Source of the DNA: Paludibacteraceae bacterium
Lineage (GTDB): Bacteria > Bacteroidota > Bacteroidia > Bacteroidales > Paludibacteraceae
DNA length: 64,000 nt
Reading direction: 5' to 3'
NCBI GenBank assembly: GCA_017443145.1
Contig: JAFSPA010000010.1
Coordinates: 2,878-66,877 of the forward strand
Shown here: one piece after another, positions 8,748 to 17,702 of the stretch
Position numbering within the stretch: position 1 is the stretch's first letter
Layout of the letters: each line of letters begins with the position of its first letter
Made by a program: the position numbers and the translations under genes
Notes under the pieces: model-generated
What the model was told of the DNA's origin: nothing
The model's database searches: none
Seen by the model: only the letters and a program-made list of their open reading frames with translations

Positions 8748-11600
8748 GTGAAAGGTAAGCGAGTCGGATATACTATTGGGTGCTTGTTAGTGGCCATGCT
8801 GAGTCAGGCCGCTGTGACACGCGTGACGGGTGTGACGATGGATCACTCGACGGGTGAACCGTTACCTTTCGTACAGATCATGTTCGACGGCTCGACTATC
8901 GGTACGACCAGTGACCTGGACGGTAACTTCGTTATCAGCAACGAGCGCGGATTGGTGTCACTATCCTTCCGCAGTGTGGGCTATAAGACAAAGATAATGA
9001 CCGTCAAACCCGGTAAGTCGCAGGAACTGTTCGTAGTCCTCGAACCCGAAGTGTATGCGTTATCGGATGTGGTGGTCAAACCCGATAAGACCCGCGAGCG
9101 GTATCGCCGCAAAGGTAATCCCGCGGTTGAACTGATTAAGAATGTTATTGCCAACAAAGACAAGAACCGCGTCGAGTCGCAGGAGTCGTATAAGATGGAG
9201 ACGTACGAGAAGCTGTCGATGGCGATAGAGCCGTTTGACTACGACCTCGATAAGAACCGCTTCTGGCGCGACTTCAAGTTCCTGGAAGAGTATGTGGATA
9301 CGATGTACCTGGAGCGCGGAGTGCTGGTGGTGGATAGCGGCAAAGTGAATGTGGACAGCGTGTCGATTGGCAAAGACTCGGTACAAGTGAATGTGGACAG
9401 CGTCGTGCTGATTCGTAACGCCGAGGAAGCAGCCAAGCAGCAGACAACGATACTGACGCTTTCTCTGCGCGAGACGTTGTCCGACGACTATGTGTCGGGC
9501 TTCCCGCGTAAAGAACGACATGTCATCACCGCCAAACGATGGGAAGGACTGGACGAGCTGTTCGATAACGGAGGTATGTCGCACAATATCAAGGCGATGT
9601 TCCAGCCGGTGAATATTCTGCAGAACGACGTCAACGTGATGCTGAACCGCTTTGTGAGTCCGCTATCCTCGTCGCTCGCTGTGAGCTTCTACCACTACTA
9701 TATCATGGACACGGTGGTGATTGAAGACACGCAATGTATCGACCTGGCGTTTGTGCCGGTGAACAGTCAGAGCTTCGGCTTTACGGGACACCTGTATATA
9801 GTCAACGACTCGTCCTACGCGCTCAAACGCTTCAGCATCAATATCCCGCCGTCGATTAACCTCAACTGGGTGAGCCACTTGAGTATATCGCAGACGTTCT
9901 ACCAGTTAGATAACGGCTTGTGGGCACCGGAAGATATCAACACGCATGCGCGGTTTGCTATCACCAAAAAGTCCAAGCATAATATCTATGCCCGTCAGAC
10001 GCGCCACTTCGAGAAGTACGAGTTCGGCGCAACCATACCGGACAGCCTGTTCTACATGTCGGGAAATACGATTACGCTGCCGGGTGCGGAGAAACGTCAG
10101 CCAGCGGAGTGGGATACACTGCGACCGATACGGCTGACAGGCAAAGAGACGCTGGTGGATAGTCTGGAGACGGAGCTGATGCGCGTACCTAAGTTCCGTA
10201 TATTGGTGAACACGGTGGAAGACCTGATTCAGGAGTTTATTCCGACGAGTAAGATACGTAATGCGTCCAAATGGGACTTCGGACCGATCTTCAACACCTT
10301 CTCCTACAACGAGCAAGAAGGTTGCCGTATTCGCGTAGGCGGTATGACGACGGCTAATGCCCATCCGCGGTGGTTCTTCAGCGGCTATGTGGCATATGGC
10401 TTCAAGGATAAGATGCCTAAAGGCGGCTTCACGCTGCTGCACTCGTTCCACGACAAGCCGTATCACCCGTACGAGAGCTTGCGACATAATCTGTCGCTGT
10501 CCTTCAGTTACGACCTCGAGGAAATGGGTCAGACCTATCGCGTGTTGGATCGTGACCATATATTCATGTCCATCAAGTTCAACTACGACCCGAAGCCGAT
10601 GCAGTATATCGCGAAGATACGGTTTAAGTACGAGAAAGAGTACGCTAATCAGTTCTCTATCATCACGTGGTTTGACTTTATGTACAACCAGCCCAACGGT
10701 TCGTCAGGTATCGGTAATCCGCAATGGGCGGCACCTCGCTACGGTGAACTGAACCGTAAGAACGATGCGCTACTGTTGCGCTATATCAAGCATAACGCGG
10801 ACGGTACCGTGACGGAGACACCGTTCTACCACGACTTTATGTGGACTTTCCAGCTGCGCTACTCGCCCGGAGGCTTCATCTACAACGACCGCCAAGGTAT
10901 CGAGTCGCCGTTTAACCTGTGGAAAGATGCGCCTGTGTTCCGCTTTACCAACGAGATGGGATATATCCTGGAGGATAAGTTCTTCTACAACCGTATTCAG
11001 TTCTCGGCGGAGAAGCGCTTCTGGCTGTCGGCGTTCGGACACTTGGACGTTATTGGTGACGTAGGCTACCTGGCAACGGCAAAAGCACCCTATACCAAAC
11101 TGTTTGTGCCGGTGAGCAACCAGTCTATTCTGATGGACCCGAAAGCGTTCTCGCTTATGCAACCGATGGAGTTCCTGATGGACCGCTATGCTTCGCTGCA
11201 TATGACCTACTACCTGAAGGGATGGATATTCAACCGTATTCCGGGTATCAAGCACCTGAAGCTGCGCGAAGTGGTATCGTTCCATATGCTTGCCGGATAC
11301 CTCGGAGACCGGAACAACCCGAACAAGACTCCGGGACTATACGAGTTCCCGGTATCGCATATCGAAAACGGCGAGAACGTGTATGCCCGTACCGACTTTG
11401 CTATGCATAACAGTTCTGGCGAAATCAAGTACTCCTATATGCCGTATATGGAGATTACCGCCGGTATAGAAAATATCTTCAAGCTCTTCCGTATCGAGTA
11501 TGTGCGGCGTCTGACACACCTGTACGCGCCCGGAACAGGAGCTAAACTCGGACCGTGGCAACGAAACGGTATTCGTATCACCGTCCGCGTAGCTATGTAA
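8748..11600 (+). CDS. Carboxypeptidase-regulatory-like domain + DUF5686 outer-membrane protein
   Basis: N-terminus VTGVTMDHSTGEPLPFVQIMFDGSTIGTTSDLDGNFVIS (CarbopepD_reg-like). About 950 aa, aromatic-rich and beta-rich in the C-terminal part. GTG start. Confidence 0.6.
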   Translation: MKGKRVGYTIGCLLVAMLSQAAVTRVTGVTMDHSTGEPLPFVQIMFDGSTIGTTSDLDGNFVISNERGLVSLSFRSVGYKTKIMTVKPGKSQELFVVLEPEVYALSDVVVKPDKTRERYRRKGNPAVELIKNVIANKDKNRVESQESYKMETYEKLSMAIEPFDYDLDKNRFWRDFKFLEEYVDTMYLERGVLVVDSGKVNVDSVSIGKDSVQVNVDSVVLIRNAEEAAKQQTTILTLSLRETLSDDYVSGFPRKERHVITAKRWEGLDELFDNGGMSHNIKAMFQPVNILQNDVNVMLNRFVSPLSSSLAVSFYHYYIMDTVVIEDTQCIDLAFVPVNSQSFGFTGHLYIVNDSSYALKRFSINIPPSINLNWVSHLSISQTFYQLDNGLWAPEDINTHARFAITKKSKHNIYARQTRHFEKYEFGATIPDSLFYMSGNTITLPGAEKRQPAEWDTLRPIRLTGKETLVDSLETELMRVPKFRILVNTVEDLIQEFIPTSKIRNASKWDFGPIFNTFSYNEQEGCRIRVGGMTTANAHPRWFFSGYVAYGFKDKMPKGGFTLLHSFHDKPYHPYESLRHNLSLSFSYDLEEMGQTYRVLDRDHIFMSIKFNYDPKPMQYIAKIRFKYEKEYANQFSIITWFDFMYNQPNGSSGIGNPQWAAPRYGELNRKNDALLLRYIKHNADGTVTETPFYHDFMWTFQLRYSPGGFIYNDRQGIESPFNLWKDAPVFRFTNEMGYILEDKFFYNRIQFSAEKRFWLSAFGHLDVIGDVGYLATAKAPYTKLFVPVSNQSILMDPKAFSLMQPMEFLMDRYASLHMTYYLKGWIFNRIPGIKHLKLREVVSFHMLAGYLGDRNNPNKTPGLYEFPVSHIENGENVYARTDFAMHNSSGEIKYSYMPYMEITAGIENIFKLFRIEYVRRLTHLYAPGTGAKLGPWQRNGIRITVRVAM

Positions 11601-11625
11601 CTATTGCTGATAAATGATAGCTGAT

Positions 11626-12174
11626 ATGAACATCATTAAGACACCGATTGATGGATTGCTCATTATTGAGCCTCGCGTGTTTACGGACCAACGCGGTTAT
11701 TTTATTGAGACCTATAACGAGAAGCGTTATCGCGACGCCGGCATCACGGCGCAGTTTGTGCAAGATAACCAATCGTGCTCTACCTTTGGTGTGGTGCGCG
11801 GTCTGCATTTCCAACGTCCGCCCTACGCGCAGGCTAAACTGGTGTGCTGCACCCGAGGTCGCGTGCTCGATGTGGCAGTGGACCTGCGCAAAGACAGTCC
11901 GACGTACGGACAGTGGTTCTCCGTTGAATTGAACGAAGAGAACCATCGCCAGTTCTTTATTCCCAAGGGCTTTGCACACGGTTTCTCCGTACTCAGCGAA
12001 ACAGCTATCTTTACCTATAAATGCGACGACTTCTACCATCCCGAAGCCGATGGAGGTATTCTACTGTCCGACCCTGCGCTCGGTATCGATTGGCAGATAC
12101 CCGAAGAAATGCGCATCATAAGCGATAAGGATACAAAACATCCACTTTTGGCAGACTTGGATAACCCCTTCTGA
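11626..12174 (+). CDS. rfbC: dTDP-4-dehydrorhamnose 3,5-epimerase
   Basis: DQRGYFIE, RGLHFQ and FIPKGFAHGF motifs. The start is placed at MNIIKT. Confidence 0.9.
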   Translation: MNIIKTPIDGLLIIEPRVFTDQRGYFIETYNEKRYRDAGITAQFVQDNQSCSTFGVVRGLHFQRPPYAQAKLVCCTRGRVLDVAVDLRKDSPTYGQWFSVELNEENHRQFFIPKGFAHGFSVLSETAIFTYKCDDFYHPEADGGILLSDPALGIDWQIPEEMRIISDKDTKHPLLADLDNPF

Positions 12175-12175
12175 T

Positions 12176-13012
12176 ATGAATATACTCATCACAGGTTGCA
12201 ACGGACAATTAGGCACAGAGATGCGCAATCTCAGCGCACAACATGCAGGCCATCGCTATTTCTTTACGGACGTAGCGGAACTCGATATCACCGACCGCGA
12301 AGCTGTTCAACGCTTTGTGGCAGAGAATGCGATTGAGGTGATTGTTAACTGTGCAGCCTATACGAATGTGGATAAAGCGGAAGAGGACGAAGCGACAGCT
12401 CGGCTGATTAATGCGGCAGCGACGGAGAATCTGGCACTGTCGGGAGCAAAGATAATCCATATCTCGACCGACTACGTGTTCTCGGGTGATGAGACATCGC
12501 CTTGTCGCGAGAGTGATGCAGTGGCGCCGCGAACAGCTTACGGACGGACGAAGTTGGAGGGAGAAGAATTGCTGTTACGTGCTTGCCCTCAAGCAGTTAT
12601 TATTCGTACGGCCTGGCTCTATTCGCCGTATGGCAATAACTTCGTGAAGACGATGCTGCGGCTGGGTAAGGAAAGAGATGAGCTGCGCGTAGTCAACGAC
12701 CAGATCGGTACGCCGACGTATGCCGAAGACTTGGCAAAAGCTATCTATACGGTTATTGAAGCGCCCGAGTGGCACGCTGGTATCTATCACTTCACGGATG
12801 AGGGTGTGTGCTCCTGGTACGACTTTACGGTGGAGATACTACGGCAAGCGGGAATAACGTGCAAGGTGACGCCGATTAAGTCGTCCGAGTATGCCTACAA
12901 GACACCGAGACCACATTACTCCGTGCTCGACAAAACAAAGATTAAAGCCACTTTCGGCATCGCTATTCCCGAGTGGCAGGAGAGTCTAACCCATTGTTTA
13001 CAACGCCTATGA
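12176..13012 (+). CDS. rfbD: dTDP-4-dehydrorhamnose reductase
   Basis: ILITGCNGQLG Rossmann motif, AAYTNVDKAE, STDYVF, and a length of 278 aa. Confidence 0.9.
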   Translation: MNILITGCNGQLGTEMRNLSAQHAGHRYFFTDVAELDITDREAVQRFVAENAIEVIVNCAAYTNVDKAEEDEATARLINAAATENLALSGAKIIHISTDYVFSGDETSPCRESDAVAPRTAYGRTKLEGEELLLRACPQAVIIRTAWLYSPYGNNFVKTMLRLGKERDELRVVNDQIGTPTYAEDLAKAIYTVIEAPEWHAGIYHFTDEGVCSWYDFTVEILRQAGITCKVTPIKSSEYAYKTPRPHYSVLDKTKIKATFGIAIPEWQESLTHCLQRL

Positions 13013-13695
13013 AACAGATATTGGAGTTCTTAGCGGACTTGACCTATAATAATAACCGCGAGTGGTTTGTCGCCAATAAAGCGCGTTACGACGAAGCGCA
13101 TAAGCTCTTCCTCGATTTCTCTGCGCGGTATATCGAACGTCTTGCGGCAGAAGTGGATCCCGAGCTGGCAGGGCTGCAACCGAAAGACTGCGTGTGGCGT
13201 ATCTATCGCGACGTGCGTTTCTCGGCAGACAAGCGGCCCTACAAAGAGTGGTTCGGCGTCTTTCCGGCTATCAAAGGTGGTAAGAAATCGCTCCGCGGCG
13301 GATACTATGTGCATTTCCAACCCGGTAATTGTATGTTCGCCGGAGGTATATGGAATCCGCCTGCCGACTTACTCAAAGCGTTGCGCGTAGAGATTGAGGC
13401 AAACTACGAGGAAGTGGAAGCTATCATGGCGCAGCCGGGTTGGCAGAAGTACTTCGGTGACTTCGATACCGACTGGATGCTCAAGAAAGTGCCTGCAGGA
13501 TTTGACCCGAATTTTGTGCATGCCGATTGGCTCAAACGCAAGATGTACACGTTCTCTACGCCGCTGACGGATAAGCAGATGTGCGCACCCGACTTGCTCG
13601 ATAGCGTAGTGGACATCGCTAAAGCTGCCAAACCAATGAACGACTTCTTGAATTATACGTTTGAAGAATACGGCGAATTTACGCCACGATGCTAA
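13009..13695 (+). CDS. DUF2461 (TIGR02453) family protein
   Basis: FLADLTYNNNREWF...RIYRDVRFSADKRPYK. ATGA overlap with the rfbD stop. Confidence 0.7.
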   Translation: MKQILEFLADLTYNNNREWFVANKARYDEAHKLFLDFSARYIERLAAEVDPELAGLQPKDCVWRIYRDVRFSADKRPYKEWFGVFPAIKGGKKSLRGGYYVHFQPGNCMFAGGIWNPPADLLKALRVEIEANYEEVEAIMAQPGWQKYFGDFDTDWMLKKVPAGFDPNFVHADWLKRKMYTFSTPLTDKQMCAPDLLDSVVDIAKAAKPMNDFLNYTFEEYGEFTPRC

Positions 13696-13699
13696 CCTT

Positions 13700-13771
13700 G
13701 GTCCCATAGTTCAATGGATAGAATACGGGTTTCCTAAACCTTAGATCCGGGTTCGATTCCCGGTGGGACTA
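13700..13771 (+). tRNA. tRNA-Arg (anticodon CCT)
   Basis: Hand-folded cloverleaf. Acceptor GGTCCCA/TGGGACT, D-arm GTTC-AATGGATA-GAAT, anticodon loop TTCCTAA, T-arm CCGGG-TTCGATT-CCCGG. CCA is not encoded. The anticodon stem has one mismatch and one G-U pair, and the variable loop is only 4 nt. Confidence 0.8.
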
Positions 13772-13785
13772 CAGAAAATGCTCAA

Positions 13786-13812
13786 ATCCGGGTTCGATTC
13801 CCGGTCGAGTCA
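13786..13812 (+). pseudogene. Orphan tRNA 3' fragment (T-arm plus a different acceptor strand)
   Basis: The 20 nt ATCCGGGTTCGATTCCCGGT is identical to 13745-13764 of the tRNA. It is followed by CGAGTCA instead of GGGACTA, and no matching 5' half is present. Confidence 0.8.
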
Positions 13813-13973
13813 CATGATCCGAGTTCTTAGCCCTAAAGGGCACGATTATTGCTAAAGCAATTTTCGATTCCAGAGCAAATCACAATATCTGTGTTATTAA
13901 TCATTTCCAATTTAAACTGGTCCCACGTTGTTTGGAATTGGGTGTGTGACTCCTTAGTTCGTATCCTTCTGTT

Positions 13974-14070
13974 CCCGAAGGTCGCCCGAAGGTCACCCGA
14001 AGGTCGCCCGAAGGTCGACCGAAAATGAGCCGTAAGTGAGCCGTTTGTGAATCGAAGGTCAAGCGAGACC
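13974..14070. repeat. 11-bp-period tandem array (CCCGAAGGTCG x4, then decaying units)
   Basis: CCCGAAGGTCG, CCCGAAGGTCA and CCCGAAGGTCG x2, then ACCGAAAATGA / GCCGTAAGTGA / GCCGTTTGTGA / ATCGAAGGTCA. It is homologous to the array at 56516. Confidence 0.9.
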
Positions 14071-14164
14071 ATTACGTGACCATAAAATACTACAAGAATT
14101 CGCAACAAATAACAACAACCTAATTTACAAAAAATGCAGATTTTACAGCAAACTGCACTTTTTA

Positions 14165-14196
14165 TTTGCATATATGCAAAAAAAGCACTACCTTTG
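14165..14196 (+). promoter_or_regulatory. Promoter cassette with palindrome TTTGCATATATGCAAA and -7 TACCTTTG
   Basis: About 85% identical over about 68 nt to 2329-2399. The -7 box is at 14189-14196. Confidence 0.6.
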
Positions 14197-14283
14197 CAGC
14201 GGATATAGAAAAAAACTATTAACGATATTATATAACTACTTAGAAACCGACGGGGCGATGGAATATAACAGCCGGAAAATAAC

Positions 14284-15519
14284 ATGAAAATAAAGAATTT
14301 ACTTCTTCTTGGTTTCTTATTGACAGGAGCAGTAATGTTTGGTGCAGAACTTATGGATACCGATGGCATCCCTTCTAATTGTTATTACCCTGCTGATTTG
14401 GAACTGTTCCCTTCGGAAATATACGGAAATCAACAGCTCAACAGCATAGTTACTATTAATCAAACGAATAAACTTGAGTTGACTTTTGACACAAAAGGAA
14501 ATGTTAAGAAAGGATTGTTGTACGTTTTAGATGAGCTCTCAAAAACATGGAGCGAATATGCGCAATTTGGGTACACTTTCGATGCTAACGGCAATCTCTC
14601 GAATACAATATGTAAAATTAAACTGCTCGACAATGATTGGATGAATTATCGTAAAGTTGAGTTTATGTACAATGCACAAGGGCAGAAAACACAGGAAATT
14701 ACCTATGATTGGAACGAAAAATGGGAATACTTAAATAAGACAACTTACGAATACGATAATACCTATAATTATCTAACGCTTGTAACCTTCTATGAATACC
14801 AAAGCGCAATGGAGGTGTGGCAGAAGTTGTGGATTGACAAATACGAACGTACTTACAACGCAGCAGGATTAGTAATCTCCTATGTATATACAACATCGTC
14901 GACATCATCTGTATGGTATAATGGCTTTATGGAACAAGTTGAATATGACGAGAAAGGACGGGAAACTTGTTATACAGAATTATACTGGGAATCTAACAAA
15001 TGGGAAAATAGATATCGAACAACCACTGTTTATGTCGATACCGACGAAGGAACGACTACTCTATCAAAAGTTGAAAAATGGGACGAAAACCAAGAGAAGT
15101 GGGTAGAGTATAAATATTATGCGTATAACTTGGACAAAAATGGCAATGAAATATATTACTCAGAGGGCGGTTTCCGAAATGGTCAATATGAAAATGGACT
15201 CTATACACGTACTAGCACGTATGACAGTAACGGACATCTGCTGAAGGTCGAAAGGGTTTATAAGTATGATACCGGTGATAGCCTGACTGAATATACCTAC
15301 GACGAGTACGGCAACCGAATATCTGAAATACATTCGGTAGATGGTATCATTCAGGAAAATACACGATGGAACTTCAGTTCGCCTTCAGGATTAATAAATA
15401 TGTTCTCGGATAAGGAAAACACCGCGACACGTAAAGTGTTGAACAATGGACAAATCCTCATCCTTCGTGGAGACAAAATCTACAACATAAACGGCGCGGT
15501 ATTGCATTCAGATCTGTAG
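14284..15519 (+). CDS. Secreted YD/RHS-like repeat protein, low-GC paralog of 2449..3615
   Basis: Signal peptide. Motifs FDTKGNV, FDANGNL, YNAQGQK, YDEKGRE, LDKNGNE, YDSNGHL, YDEYGNR. The tail is RKVLNNGQILILRGDKIYNINGAV. It is markedly AT-richer than its neighbours. Confidence 0.6.
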   Translation: MKIKNLLLLGFLLTGAVMFGAELMDTDGIPSNCYYPADLELFPSEIYGNQQLNSIVTINQTNKLELTFDTKGNVKKGLLYVLDELSKTWSEYAQFGYTFDANGNLSNTICKIKLLDNDWMNYRKVEFMYNAQGQKTQEITYDWNEKWEYLNKTTYEYDNTYNYLTLVTFYEYQSAMEVWQKLWIDKYERTYNAAGLVISYVYTTSSTSSVWYNGFMEQVEYDEKGRETCYTELYWESNKWENRYRTTTVYVDTDEGTTTLSKVEKWDENQEKWVEYKYYAYNLDKNGNEIYYSEGGFRNGQYENGLYTRTSTYDSNGHLLKVERVYKYDTGDSLTEYTYDEYGNRISEIHSVDGIIQENTRWNFSSPSGLINMFSDKENTATRKVLNNGQILILRGDKIYNINGAVLHSDL

Positions 15520-15526
15520 AAGTGCG

Positions 15527-15952
15527 ATGAGTATGACTGACAAAACCCCCGAGTTTCCGGCCTTAGCCGTCGATGCAGCGTGCTCCGGAAACCCTGGAAT
15601 AATGGAGTTCCGAGGAGTTGTCGCTGACACCGGAACCGAAGTGTTCCGACGTGGACCATTCCCTCATGCAACGAATAATATCGGCGAGTTTCTCGCACTC
15701 GTACTCGGCTTGGCGTACCTAAAGAAATATAATCTTCCTTGGGTGCTCTACACCGACAGCGTTACTGCGCTCGCGTGGGTAAGAGAAAAACGCTGCAAAT
15801 CGAAGTTAGATTGGAACGAGGAGAATACGGATTTGCTACTGATGGTTCGGAAGGCAGAAGAGTGGCTGCGTGCTAACACCTGGACGACAGAGATACGCAA
15901 GTGGGAAACGACCCTCTGGGGCGAGATCCCTGCGGACTTCGGAAGAAAGTAA
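15527..15952 (+). CDS. RNase H family protein
   Basis: LAVDAACSGNPG (Asp), NNIGEFLALV (Glu) and LYTDS (Asp) are arranged as in RNase HI-type folds. Length 141 aa. Confidence 0.6.
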   Translation: MSMTDKTPEFPALAVDAACSGNPGIMEFRGVVADTGTEVFRRGPFPHATNNIGEFLALVLGLAYLKKYNLPWVLYTDSVTALAWVREKRCKSKLDWNEENTDLLLMVRKAEEWLRANTWTTEIRKWETTLWGEIPADFGRK

Positions 15953-15986
15953 CTTTCGACTTTCGACTTTTTACTTTCGACTATTG
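15952..15986. repeat. 7-bp tandem repeat (ACTTTCG)2 ACTTTTT ACTTTCG ACTATTG
   Basis: It fills the 28-nt gap between two convergent stop codons and overlaps both. Confidence 0.9.
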
Positions 15987-17702
15987 TTTCTTACATCCTT
16001 TGAAGGCATTCTTGCCGATGATAGCTTCTTGTGGCAGCATAGGCTGTCGCAGGCTTTCGCAGTCGCGGAAGGCGTTGGAGCCGATAGACCGGATGTCGGC
16101 AGGCCAACGGACGTTACGCAGGTTCTTACACTCCATAAATGCATCCTCGCCGATAGTCTTGACGCTGTCGGGCAGGATGATCTCTTTGAGCTGACGGCAT
16201 TGGAAGAAAGCGCCGTCGCTAATAGTAGTGAGTTCTTCGTTGAGTGTCACTTTGGTGAGATTGAAGCAGGTGGCAAAAGTGCCTTGATCCAGCACGCGCA
16301 GATGCGGCGGTAGAACTATCTCGTAGAGCTTGCGGCAGTCCATAAACGCCTCCGCCTCGATGCGGTGGATATTATCCGTAAGGCGGATAGTAAACAGCTC
16401 CTGGCAGTTGGAGAAAGCGTTCTTGCCGATGCGGAAAAGGGTATTGGGCAAAGTGACGCGCTCGAGGGAGATGCAGTTACGGAACGTCTCGTCCTCAATG
16501 GCATAGAGCCCTTCCGGCAATGCTATCTTCTGCAAGTGCGAGCAGCCCTTGAACGCAGCCTGTTTGATGGTGGTGACGGACGCAGGGATAGTTATCTCAC
16601 GAATGGCACTACATCCTGCGAAAGCACCGTCACCGATGACTTCCAAGTCTTTGGGTAGCTGAATAGTCGTAAGCCCTGTGCAGAGGAAGAAACAGGCGGT
16701 AGGCAGCCCTTTGATACGGTTGGATAGAGTCTGCTGCTTGAGACTACGACAGCGGGAGAAAACTCCTGTGCCGAGGAAAGAGACATTGGTCGATAGGGTA
16801 GCCGCCTTGAGCAGTTCGCACTCGGCAAAAGCCAAACGCTCGACGCGCTCCACCGAGGTAGGGATAATCACTTCCGTCAAAGCAGCACACTGGTAAAAGC
16901 ACGCAACGGGAATAGTTCGGATGCCTTCCGGCAAGGCGAGTGACTTGACTTGTTTGGCCTGCCGAAACGCTCCTGCAGCCAACAGACGAGTCGGCACTTT
17001 GTCCTTAAACACGAACTTAGCGGGCGCGTTCTTATTGACCGCAATCAAGCAACCGTCGATATAGAGCGCTCCTTTCTTCCACTTCTTGTCGTTGAGCCAG
17101 ATACCGGTATTGAGGAAAGCATCTTGTCCAATCCAATTCACAGAGGTAGGGATGATGACCTTGGTGAGATTCTTACAGTCGCGGAAGACGTCGTTGTCGA
17201 TGCGAGTGAGGGTAGAAGGCAGTTCGACGCGCGTAACGGTCTTGTTGCCCTGAAACGCTCCTGCAGCAATCAGGCGGGTAGAGGCCGGTACGACATAGCG
17301 CGGGTGGATAGTCTTATCCGTTGCGATAAGGCAGCTGTCGATAAAGAGTACACCATCTTTCCAGTTCTCTTTATTGAGCCACAGACCTGTTCCCTCAAAG
17401 GCGTTACGACTCATATATTCCATCGTCTCGGGCAGCACCACTTCGGTCAGATTCTTACAACCCTTAAAGGCGTTCTCCGCCACACCGATGACGCGGTAGG
17501 TCTTCTGTCCGACAACTATCTCGGCGGGAATAGCGAGCGTGAAACCGTCTTTGGCGTTAGTGCCGACCCGCGGATTCTGCGCTACCTCTGCTGTGCGAGC
17601 GATGAGGTCGATGGAGTAATAGAGGTCGTTGTAGATAGCCTCGTCGGCAAAGGTTGGTGTGAGGCATAGGATGGTGATGAGAAGAGAGAGGTACTTTTTC
17701 AT
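15981..17702 (-). CDS. BspA-type leucine-rich repeat surface protein
   Basis: Signal peptide, then more than 15 repeats of about 23 aa of the form xAFxxCxxLxxVxLPxxLxxIGxxAF. Confidence 0.8.
   Translation of the reverse strand: MKKYLSLLITILCLTPTFADEAIYNDLYYSIDLIARTAEVAQNPRVGTNAKDGFTLAIPAEIVVGQKTYRVIGVAENAFKGCKNLTEVVLPETMEYMSRNAFEGTGLWLNKENWKDGVLFIDSCLIATDKTIHPRYVVPASTRLIAAGAFQGNKTVTRVELPSTLTRIDNDVFRDCKNLTKVIIPTSVNWIGQDAFLNTGIWLNDKKWKKGALYIDGCLIAVNKNAPAKFVFKDKVPTRLLAAGAFRQAKQVKSLALPEGIRTIPVACFYQCAALTEVIIPTSVERVERLAFAECELLKAATLSTNVSFLGTGVFSRCRSLKQQTLSNRIKGLPTACFFLCTGLTTIQLPKDLEVIGDGAFAGCSAIREITIPASVTTIKQAAFKGCSHLQKIALPEGLYAIEDETFRNCISLERVTLPNTLFRIGKNAFSNCQELFTIRLTDNIHRIEAEAFMDCRKLYEIVLPPHLRVLDQGTFATCFNLTKVTLNEELTTISDGAFFQCRQLKEIILPDSVKTIGEDAFMECKNLRNVRWPADIRSIGSNAFRDCESLRQPMLPQEAIIGKNAFKGCKKQ

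Noticed and set aside
8724-8760. Weak stutters at other gene junctions: TGAATTGATGAATGAAAAGTGAAAG at 8730, GCTGATA..GCTGATA at 11608-11630, and GTTAAGA GTTAAAA GTTAAGA at 47397-47417.
   Set aside because: They are too short and degenerate to distinguish from chance AT-rich junction sequence, and they partly overlap coding ends.
13726-13742. The tRNA-Arg might be a pseudogene, because the anticodon stem has a C-U mismatch plus a G-U pair and the variable loop is only 4 nt.
   Set aside because: The acceptor, D and T arms and the loop invariants (U8, U33, A37, TTCGATT) are intact. Top-of-stem 27:43 mismatches are tolerated. It is kept as a tRNA, pending tRNAscan-SE.
13833-14369. A 178-aa minus-strand ORF across the tRNA-distal intergenic region.
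   Set aside because: It runs through the 11-bp tandem array and the promoter cassette and overlaps the start of the plus-strand gene. Its composition is low-complexity.
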